Source: Sporopachydermia quercuum
Lineage: Eukaryota
Assembly: GCA_001599295.1 (NCBI GenBank)
Contig: BCGN01000001.1
Span: 1,860,001 to 1,924,000 of the forward strand
Length of the DNA: 64,000 nt
Direction of reading: 5' to 3'
Position 1 is the stretch's first letter. Each line of letters opens with the position of its first letter. The position numbers were made by a program, and so were the translations under genes. Positions 22,357 through 32,808 of this stretch are shown here, piece by piece. The notes beneath the pieces were generated by a model that saw only the letters and a program-made list of their open reading frames with translations, was not told the DNA's origin and ran no database searches.

Positions 22357-23484
22357 ATGGGTATGTAATTATAAGATGTGTTCCAAAAGATTAGTAGTAT
22401 TCAGTGAACAGCTAGCTGGCTTTGGGTAAATGGGATAGTGATGTGACATAGTATTACTTTCAACTACAACATCAATAATTTGGGGACCAAATATAGGAAA
22501 GAACTAGGAAGACTCACAGTAATGCCTGTACAAATAATATCAGGATCACATTCCAATGCTGTTATTGTTACGTGGTTAGAATTTCCAACAACCGAGGAAT
22601 TATGCGACTGAGGATGACAATTAGGGAAGATAATTTAACATGAAACAAGTTGAAAGTCATTATGATACTATCTTGCAATACAATGTAATTCAAATTGAGA
22701 CTTAATACTAACAATATGAATAGGTCGTGTTATTCGTAATCAAAGAAAGGGTGCTGGATCTATCTTCACTTCCCACACCCGTCTCAGAAAGGGTGCTGCC
22801 AAGTTGAGAACCTTGGATTATGCTGAAAAGCATGGATATATTAGAGGTGTTGTGAAGCAAATCATTCATGATCCTGGTAGAGGAGCTCCTCTTGCCAAGG
22901 TTGCTTTCAGAGATCCTTACAAATACAAGATCCGTGAAGAAACTTTCATTGCCAATGAAGGTTTGTACACTGGTCAATTCGTTTATGCCGGTAAGAAGGC
23001 TTCTTTGAACGTTGGTAACGTTTTACCTTTAGGTTCCGTCCCTGAAGGTACCATTCTCAGTAACGTTGAAGAAAAGACTGGTGACAGAGGTGCTTTAGGT
23101 AGAACTTCCGGTAACTACGTTATCGTCATTGGACACAACCCTGATGAAGGTAAGACCCGTGTTAAGCTTCCTTCTGGAGCTAAGAAGATTATCTCTTCCA
23201 ACGCTAGAGGTGTCATTGGTGTTGTTGCAGGTGGTGGTCGTATTGATAAGCCATTGTTGAAGGCAGGTCGTGCTTTCCACAAATACAAGGTTAAGAGAAA
23301 CTCTTGGCCTAAGACTCGTGGTGTGGCCATGAACCCCGTTGACCATCCCCATGGAGGTGGTAACCATCAACATATTGGTAAGGCTTCTACCATCAGCAGA
23401 GGTGCTGTTTCCGGTCAAAAGGCTGGTCTCATTGCCGCCAGAAGAACTGGTCTTCTCAGAGGTTCTCAAAAGACTAAGGAGTAA
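22357..23484 (+). CDS. RPL2: 60S ribosomal protein uL2, 2 exons (22357-22360, 22724-23484)
   Basis: ATGG|GTATGT...TACTAAC..TAG|GTCGT gives [35 protein letters not shown] signature; strong codon bias. Confidence 0.98.
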
Positions 23485-23740
23485 ATTAGTTCAAATAATC
23501 ATTAATAAATTTAAATGATAATTCCTAAATCTATTTATGTCTGTAACCTCAATATGTTCATTTTCTTGTAGACTACCTTTATTTATTGTATGCTTTGATA
23601 ATTAACACTTGTTTTTCATTTTTCACTCCTCAAATCCTAGGTTTTATCAGCAATTATTGAATACATCATGCACACTATAACGCCAGATATTCCACTAGAT
23701 GGGAAATTGTAAAATTTTATTTATTCTATTGCATATGTAC

Positions 23741-25469
23741 TTAAAATTCTGGTCTATCAGTATCATCCTCAGGAAGTCTAATACCCCCACTTGGAGTGAA
23801 CTTTTTAAAATTCATCGACTTAAGATCTTCAATTCTTATCGTGAACAAATGTGATAGAGATCCTTTAGACCATAAAGTAGAGAAAATTAGGATTATATTG
23901 AAAACAGCTAAAATAATGAATGGGGCACCATCCCAAATGTCAGAAAGATAGCCACCAATTTTAGTAACTACCAGAACTCCAACACCCCCACATAAGCCAT
24001 GCACACCAGCAATAGCACCATTGAAAGTTCTCTTTCTATCTGTGCAAAGAGACATGGCACTGATAATGACTCCGATTTGACCTACTCCCATCATAGATGC
24101 AAATAATACGGCTCCAACTCCATTAGGATTATTGATAGCAGCAAAACCAACACTGCCGACAATTCCAAATGTAGAAGCAAATAGTATCAAGTTGCGACGT
24201 CCAAACTTGTCTGCAGCATAACCAGCCAGAGGTGCCAACAGTAAGCCAACAGTTTGTGATATACCAGTAATCATAGATGCCTTGATGAATGCTTGCGGAC
24301 AGCCTGTCTTCATTTCATCACCTGATACTAATGAGCACTCTCCTCTGTCCAAATACCAAGTATTGACATAAAGAGGAATAAAAACGGCACCAATAACTGT
24401 TGAAGTTCTTGAAACAAAAGCTGCCACATAACTAAGAGCAATTTTTTCATCTTCTGCAGCGGCTGTAAAACCGTGCTTGAGAAGTTCCAAATAGGATTCC
24501 TTGGCATCATCTTCAATAATGGGATCAAATTCACCATCTCTCTCTAGAAATGGAAGCTTGACTAAAGAAGTAATTCGTTTGGCAGGATCGGCTTTTAAAA
24601 TGAAGAATAATCCAACGCTGCAAATCATACACAAACTTCCGATAATGTAATATGAATCTTTCAAAGCCTTAGCTGGATCTTTATTTTCCTTATCCAGTGA
24701 GGTAGCCATTGGTAAGAAGACAAATACTGAAAATACAGCTCCCAAACCAGTACTAACACCTACTAATCCTGCCATTTTTCCATTTCTTTTGAATCCATCG
24801 TTATCAAGGGCTTCCGCACCTTCATCACCCTCGTACTCATCTTGTCTCCCGAGAAAAGGTATCTTGAAATTCCAACTGAACCCAGACGTGGAAATATCAG
24901 CTAACATTGCTGTCATCATTGAACCACTAAAATGTTAGTATTGTTTTGAACTGACATCAGATTTACAGCCCGAACTCCTGATTAAATAATTTCAAACTGA
25001 AACATACACTGCAGAGGCTCCTAGAGCAAAAACCAGCCTAATGAGTATCATGTCAGGATAGACATTTTTACTCACAGTAAAAAGGACAGTACTAAAACCT
25101 ACGATAAATAAACCTATCACAGTGCAAGGCCTTGTTCCTACTTTATCACTGAGTGTTCCAAATAAAGGACAAACTACGATACTAAGCAGTTCATCAGCAA
25201 AACCCAAGGTACCAACATAATCACCCTTGAAGCACTGTTAATATCATCTCAATATATCTCCAATTTTGCCCAAAAACACAGTAGAATAGTCCACAAGTAT
25301 TATTACTTACAATGTGCTTAGTAATGCCCAATACATTGGAGATGAAAAATGATTGCGTGGAACTGACAAAAACCACAAAAGCAATCGTCAAGAAGCACGT
25401 TGCATAAAATCCAACGGCATTTAGCCTGGTCCAATGAGATGAGGCGCTCGTTATTGAAAAAGCATCCAT
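23741..25469 (-). CDS. Major facilitator superfamily transporter, 3 exons (25469-25311, 25225-25008, 24926-23741)
   Basis: Three ORF fragments join in frame through introns 25310-25226 and 25007-24927; MFS motif A twice (GTLSDKVGTR, GYAADKFGRR); about 12 TM helices. Confidence 0.88.
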
Positions 25470-26496
25470 CTTACTAGTTCCTATTTATGTTTTAGAAAGA
25501 GGATTGAACGAACTTGCTTGCTTGATCTAAGTATGATATCACACTAGAATTGGTAGTTGGGTATACTCCTTGTACTATATCGTGTTTTATTCAATCGCAA
25601 AACACTAAATAGTAGTCAAGAGCTACACATCAAATAAGAAGTAGGTTTATTTTCCAGATAGAAATATAAATTACCTCGAGAAATTTGATTAATCCAATAG
25701 TAGAATCTAAAGTGATGACCTAAGATATTTCTCAAATTCAATACCAAATTTGTACAAGTTTCTTTCCTTAAAATCACCAATTACAAATATTTCATTTTTC
25801 CCTTTCATTATTAATCTTCTTCCTACCAATTAAAACTATTCGTAGACTTCTCTGTGAGTTATCCTTTATGTTTTCGGTCTTTGCTTGATAGTCCGACATC
25901 ATTGTAACCCCTGAAGATACTTAACACGGCTTTAATGAACATGTTAACTGAAGAAGATTAAAGTTATCTATTTGATCTCCCGATACAATTCACGTGACGC
26001 CATTAAGCCTTTAAAAGGAAAAGATAGCATAATCAAAATATCATTTGAAGTGAGACGTTATGTTTTTGAAAAAGTTGTTTCCGTGACAACAATCTAAATG
26101 AGGCAAACATCAACATTAAACATTTACCATTTTCCAAATCAAGAACTAAGCTCTTTTTNACTACACACGAAATGAATGTTTCTATCACTTCTTAAATGAA
26201 CTAAGAAAAGATTCTTTAATGATGAGAGAAAGGCCAAAGATCCATTAGTTGATTTCTTAAACATTGCTATTATATATTGTCAATTTCTTGTTCAAATCTC
26301 AAGTTAAGTTCACCATAGTTATACCCTAATGAAAAGCCATCTTGTAAAATAGAAACACCAAATCGTGTAATTATAGAGATACGTGACTATATCATATCAA
26401 TCATCTTATATTTTTATACCCAATCAATACTCTCGGACATACCTTGATATATGGTATTTACCAGAATCGTTTTGAATCAAGTTCAATAAGTTAACA

Positions 26497-29400
26497 ATGA
26501 AAGTGGAAGAACTTATCATAGATGGATTCAAATCTTATGCAACAAGAACAGTAATATCGGGATGGGATAGCTCTTTCAACTGTATCACTGGCTTGAACGG
26601 ATCAGGTAAATCAAATATTCTTGATGCCATATGTTTTGTTCTTGGTATCACAACTATGAGTCTAGTCAGAGCACAAAACCTACAAGATCTTATTTACAAG
26701 CGAGGTCAGGCTGGAGTAACCAAGGCCAGTGTTACGATTGTTTTCGATAATTCAGATAAATCCACATCGCCAATTGGTTTTGAGCAATGTGCTACAATTA
26801 GTGTTACCAGACAAATTGTCATGGGAGGAACAAGCAAATATCTGATCAATGGTCACCGTGCCCAGCAACAAACCGTTTTACATCTATTCCAGTCAGTTCA
26901 ATTAAACATCAACAACCCTAATTTTTTGATTATGCAAGGTAAAATCACCAAAGTCTTGAATATGAAGCCTCAAGAGACATTGTCATTAATTGAAGAAGCC
27001 GCTGGAACAAAAATGTTTGAAGATAGAAGAGAGAAAGCAGAAAAAACAATGGCTAAAAAAGAGACTAAGCTGACTGAAATCCGATCTCTANTACAAGAAG
27101 AAATTGAGCCCAGGCTGGATCAACTGAGATCTGAAAAAAGACTGTTTTTGGAGTATCAACAGACCCAGACCGACTTAGAAAAGCTTTCTCGAATTGTCAC
27201 AGCATATGATTACAAAAGACTGACAGACCGTTTCCAAAATCAAACATGTTATTTGAACGAACAACAACAAAAACTTTCAATATTGGAAGCCGATGCGGAG
27301 AAGTATTTACAAGAAATTGGTAGATTAACAGAAGAAACCAGACAGGCCCGTTTAACAAAGGAAAAGGAAATAAAAAAAGGTAGTGCATTGAAGAATCTAG
27401 AGCATGAAGAAGTTGAGCTTTCAAATGAGTTGACAAGGATCAAGGCATCTTTAGATCTGAAGTTAACTGCAATTGCTGCTGAGGAAAAGAAATTTATAGC
27501 TGCACAAGAGTTAATTGCTAAACTAACCCTAGAACTTTCTGCTGGTGATGAAAAGTTCAAACTTGCCGAACAAACGTATGAGAACTGTAAAAAACAACTG
27601 GAAGATTTGAATTCTCAATATAGTAGGAAAGATGAACTTCTGAGTACTTTGAGAACTGGTCTTTCAGCATCTGGAGGTACTGATGGTGGTTTTATGGGAC
27701 AATTGGAAGAAGTTAAAGATAAAATTGCCAACGTTCATGTAGAAATTGGAAAGTCAAANCTGCGAATTGAATACTTGCAAAAAGAAATTGAAAAAGACAA
27801 GACTAAAGTGGCTAAATCTGAAGCTGAGAACCAAAGACTATTAGGAGACGTCGATAATTTAAAAGCAAAGAAAGGTACACTGGCAACTAAGTTATCACAG
27901 CTTGGTTGGATTGAGGGCAAAGAGCAAGAGCTTGTTCAGAAACAGAGACATATTGAAACCCAGATTCGTAATGTCACATCAGAATTAGAAAACATGAAAA
28001 GAAAAATCGCTGGTTTGGAGTTCAACTATACCAAGCCACATCCTAATTTTAACCCCAAATCTGTGAAAGGCCTAGCAGCACAGTTATTCACTTTAGATGA
28101 AACTAATTTTCCAGCTGCCACTGCATTGGAAATTTGTGCTGGTGGCAGACTGTACAATGTTGTTGTTGACAATGAGAACACTGGTTCTGAGTTGTTACAA
28201 GGTGGTAACCTGAGAAAAAGAGTTACGATCATTCCTTTAAACAAGGTCCGTGCTTTTAAAGCCAGTGCAGAAAAGTTAGGTGCTGCTAAGAATTTGGGAC
28301 CTGGAAAAGTCAATTTGGCATTAGACCTAATTGGATACGAAGATGATGTTTCTGCTGCTATGGAATACATATTCGGCTCAACATTAATATGCCAAGATGC
28401 TGAAACAGCAAAACAAGTTACATTCAATCCCCAAATTTGGCTCCCAAGTGTGACACTTGATGGTGATTACTATGATCCATCAGGTACACTCTCAGGCGGC
28501 AGTAAAATGTCCAGCAATGGTGTTCTCATAACCCTTCAGGAAGTCAATAAGTTGAATAACAAGTTGAGGGAATTGAAACCAGAGCACAAGCTACTTGNTC
28601 TTGATATTGAAAGAGAACGAGAGTTAAGCAGTAGGTCAAAAGAACTTGTTACTGAACTGAATCTCACAGCTCACCAAATCAAACTCAATGTTGCCCAACT
28701 GGAAAGTAATAGCTCTGCGTTGATAATTAAGGCCAATGAACAAAGACACGAAGAGATTCTTCAATTGAAACAAGTTATTCACAAGAAGCAGCAAGAACTT
28801 GTTATTCTAAATGAAGACTCCCGACGGATTGAGACAGACATGATTGAAATAACCTCTAACAAAGAGGAGAAAATTAAGAAAATGGAAGCTGAACTAACTT
28901 CATTAAAGAAACAGTTGAATGAACTAAACAGAACAGTTCGTGAAAAGCAGGCAGAATTCCAAGAGTACCAAATTGAGAGAGCTCAAATGGTCGATGATAT
29001 AAACTCGAGCAAAGAAGTTTCTGACATTAGCAAGAAGACCGGCGAAGAAATCCAGAAAGAATGTGAAATAATGAAGCAGAAAACGTGTGAATTAGAAACT
29101 CAAAGACAACAAATTCTGCAAAACATTCAAACCGAAAAGGCTAAAGCCGCCGATCTTGATTCAGAAATCAAAGAGCTCGAAGAAATCCTCAGTCGAAAGA
29201 CTGTAATGGCTAATGAAGCGAAACTAGAAGGCCAAAAGCTTCGTCAACAGTTGAGTAAATTTTCTGAAGAGTCTTCCAGTTTAAGAGCAAGACTAGAAAG
29301 AATTGTTGAGGGAAGCGATTGGGTTGTCGATGAGAATTTGGTAGATAATATTATTGTTTCTAATTCTAATATTAATCTTAACGAATATCGCAGCCAAATG

Positions 29401-30101
29401 AGTCATTTGTCGGAAAGATTTAACGGAATGCAGAAGAAGGTCAATTCCAAAGTCATGAACATGATCGATAACGTCGAGAAGAAGGAAGCCTCATTGAAGA
29501 CAATGATCAAAACAATTGAGAAAGATAAACATAAGATCGAGGAAACTATTATCACTCTTAATGAATATAAAAGGAAAGCTCTTCTTAAAACTTATGAAAA
29601 AGTTTCAGTGTATGTACATTTTTATCGAATGAAGAATTATTTCGAAGGTAATTTTGGTCNGCTTATTTATCAATTATTAACTTATCATCTAGCGATTTTG
29701 GTCAAATTTTCTCCGATTTGTTAGTCGGAAGTTTCGCCAAATTAGTACCAGTAGACGAAAATGATATTACTAAAGGTTTAGATATCAAAGTGAGATTAGG
29801 AAAAGTATGGAAACAGAGTTTAGTAGAGTTATCCGGCGGCCAAAGATCACTAATTGCTTTATCTTTGATTCTTTCATTACTTCAATTCAAACCTGCTCCT
29901 ATGTATATTCTAGATGAAGTTGATGCAGCATTAGATTTGAGTCATACCCAAAACATTGGTCATTTAATCAAGACAAGATTCAAAGGCTCCCAATTTATTG
30001 TTGTCAGTCTGAAAGAAGGATTCTTTTCCAACGCTAACAGGGTTTTCAAAGCTCGTTTCCAGGATGGTACATCACATGTTTCATGTATATCAGCAGCATA
30101 A
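26497..30101 (+). CDS. SMC2: Condensin subunit Smc2, 2 exons (26497-29609, 29693-30101)
   Basis: Walker A GLNGSGKS, hinge ([17 protein letters not shown]), signature LSGGQRS, Walker [12 protein letters not shown]; 83-nt intron GTATGT..TATTAAC..TAG restores [14 protein letters not shown]. Confidence 0.97.
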
Positions 30102-30347
30102 CAAGCTTTGATGGTGTTCATTTTATTTGTTTCTTTTACTAGTTAATGATTATTTTTTCTTTTAGGTGTTTTGTTTCATGTATTTTTGTTCGTGCTATGA
30201 ATATGTCCATGTATGGTATGAGTTTTACTTATGAAAGAAAAACAATATTGCGATTCAATTAATTCTATAAAATACACGTTTTAGCCAATAATCAATAATT
30301 TCCAACAACAAGCAATATGCTATCTATCGACTTCTATTGTTCACGAT

Positions 30348-31964
30348 TCATAAANTTACTTTTATCCACTGCTTAACAACCATTCCATCTTCAAGGACTA
30401 TTTCCTTTCTTGAGACCATATATCCACCTATTGCGGGCAATATTACAACATACACAAACCAATAAACACTACCAATGGATAAGGCTAATAACCCACCTAT
30501 GGCGTAAGATGGATACTTTCCTTCTTTAGTTTGGTCACTTGTGGATAACAAAGGTGCCAACACCAAAGCTGAGGAAGCTAGTAAGCAAAACCATACGCTG
30601 AACGTCCAAGATTTAATTGGAGCTACAATGTCTGGAAATCTTTTCCTCAATATAAACACACCAATACACAGCAACACATGAAACAACTGATTAGGATATA
30701 TCTGCATGCTGACAATATAGTTGTATAGGTCTCCAGGTGGAGGACCCAATATCATGACACAGCTAAAGAATAGATGAAGTATTAAAGCAGGTAAAGGCGT
30801 ACCGAAAGGATAATTAGAAGCCCAGAATGAAGAAAATGGCAAAATACCTTCTCTTGCTACTTCCTGGTTCATCCTTGAATCAGAATATGCAACAACGATG
30901 ACATTACCTGCTGCACATATGGCAATCGATATAGTCAGGAATTGCCTACCAATCGTTTCACCAAATAATCTTGTGAACAGAAGACTTCCAACATACTCTC
31001 TACCATGCATTATCTCCTCATGGGGAATAACAATAAGATAGCTTATGTTCATAATAAAGTATGCTACGAATACTAAAATTAGAGACAAAGGACCTGCAAC
31101 ACGAAGAGTGCGGACTGGATTCACAATTTCATTCTGAACAGTATGCGCTGTTGTCCAACCACCAAAAGAATAGATAGCTTTCAATACAGCAGAACCAATA
31201 GTAGCTGCTGAAGCAGATACTGGGAATACTGTAAGTGAGTCCCTAGTTAAATGATTCTCTATACCTGTAATGCTTCGAGGAAGCAGCAATACATACATCC
31301 CAGTGATAATCAACACCAACAGCAAACCAATCTTGAGAGTACCGAAAATATTTTGAAACCAAATTCCAAACCTCAATGAAATTCCATGTGCTACAACTGC
31401 TATAGCAACCAATCCAGCAGCTATCTTTCTGATAACATATTCATCAGCCTCAATTCCCAAAGCATATGTGAAATATGATGCGAATACAATAGCATTAGTA
31501 GCAGAAACACCAAAAATCACCTGAAAAATTGAAAAAGTAACCGAGGCAAAGAACTTTGGTTTATAGTATATATACTCCAGAAATACTTTAGTAGCACCTG
31601 ATCGAGGAATTAACGATCCCAGCTCCAGATAAACAAATAATCCAGACANGGCTATAGATGCTCCAAGTACCCATAGAAAGAAAAATACTATAGGAGATCC
31701 TTGAACATCTTTGAAAATGCCTCCAGGAGTTGCAAAAATCCCCGATCCGACAATTCTACATATGAATAAAACCACCGTTGAGAAGAGACCTAGATGTCGT
31801 CCTTGGGGTACTTCATCGTATAAGCCCAATTGAGGTGCTTCATTTTGCTCACCGTTCAATTTNGATCTGGTAGTATTTCCTAGCAAGGTCTGTGTTTCAG
31901 TTGCGAGACCAGATTCATTTTCCATTAAAGGAGTTACTATTGTGCTTGAATCTTTAAAAGCCAT
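30348..31964 (-). CDS. APC/LAT-family amino-acid permease, Mup1/Mup3 methionine-permease-like
   Basis: VPQGRHLGLFSTVV...IVGSGIFATPG, YLELGSLIPRSG, EIVNPVRTL, AREGILPFS; first ATG at 31964. Confidence 0.88.
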   Translation of the reverse strand: MAFKDSSTIVTPLMENESGLATETQTLLGNTTRXKLNGEQNEAPQLGLYDEVPQGRHLGLFSTVVLFICRIVGSGIFATPGGIFKDVQGSPIVFFFLWVLGASIAXSGLFVYLELGSLIPRSGATKVFLEYIYYKPKFFASVTFSIFQVIFGVSATNAIVFASYFTYALGIEADEYVIRKIAAGLVAIAVVAHGISLRFGIWFQNIFGTLKIGLLLVLIITGMYVLLLPRSITGIENHLTRDSLTVFPVSASAATIGSAVLKAIYSFGGWTTAHTVQNEIVNPVRTLRVAGPLSLILVFVAYFIMNISYLIVIPHEEIMHGREYVGSLLFTRLFGETIGRQFLTISIAICAAGNVIVVAYSDSRMNQEVAREGILPFSSFWASNYPFGTPLPALILHLFFSCVMILGPPPGDLYNYIVSMQIYPNQLFHVLLCIGVFILRKRFPDIVAPIKSWTFSVWFCLLASSALVLAPLLSTSDQTKEGKYPSYAIGGLLALSIGSVYWFVYVVILPAIGGYMVSRKEIVLEDGMVVKQWIKVXL

Positions 31965-32808
31965 TTCATCAACGGCAATATTTGTAAGTACTTGAAGCAA
32001 TGAGAGAATGTGGTGCAGAAGCAGCGAAGGAGCGATAAGGCTATAATTTGTTTGATTGAGTATACTCCGTGGGTTNCTACCCTGCAAACGTATGTTTACG
32101 TGAAGTGCGATGGATAAAGCTATATTCTAGTTAAAAAAAAAACTGGTCATAATAAACAAGAATAAAGCTATCCCTATTGAATGATAGTTAATAAGAAAGG
32201 AACAAGTGATAGATGGAACAATGGTTGACTGATTTATCACTTAGAAAGAAGTAGGATTTTAAGATTAAGTTAGAGTTTATATACTAAGCATTTTGCTAAC
32301 TTTATCAGGGGAAAATTAACTGATAGGAGGAACAAAAGAATACTGAACAAGGGATTTTTCCCTGGATTATATAACGATATAAGTATCATCGGAGAAATTG
32401 AATAGATGAGTAGTTACTAATCGTTAATTGTACTTTGGTTTTGTTGAATATTTGGGGCTTTCCAAGGCTTTTGTTTCCATGTTTGACTTTCAGTCAGATT
32501 GATAGAAGATTTCAGAGCGGAGAAGATAACATAATAAATCAGTGGGTTCCCCCGAGAAAATCTCCGATATATTTGTACCTTGTTCACAGAAAAAAGAATG
32601 TAAATCGGTTTAGAACATTAAATAATCTATCTAAGAATAAAAATTAATGCTACAATGGAAAGTTCTTATACCACTACTATTAATAAAATAAATTAACCTA
32701 TATTCTTGTCATTTTCTACCTCAAGAACCAATACAGCTCAAGAGTTTGGGCAGGTCGACATCTGATCGAACTTAGTTTATTAACATACTATGAGATTTAT
32801 ATATATAA

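Noticed and set aside
22361..22723. Intron-encoded snoRNA in the long RPL2 or RPL8 introns
   Set aside because: I could not find a properly spaced C box (RTGATGA) and D box (CTGA) pair or an H/ACA layout by eye; an Infernal/Rfam scan would be decisive.
22708..23469. Antisense ORFs over RPL2, and similar ones over TIM17, RHO3, SMC2, PRP6 and 11305-11676
   Set aside because: Expected by-products of codon bias or composition on the sense strand.
25989..26090. Point centromere (CDEI-like TCACGTGAC followed about 80 bp later by TGTTTCCG)
   Set aside because: The spacer is about 30% GC by my count, far from the >90% AT of CDEII; the CDEIII match is poor; best read as a Cbf1-type promoter site.
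29610..29724. Apparent frameshift or split in SMC2 (1075 aa + 127 aa ORFs)
   Set aside because: Fully explained by an 83-nt GT-AG intron with a branch motif.
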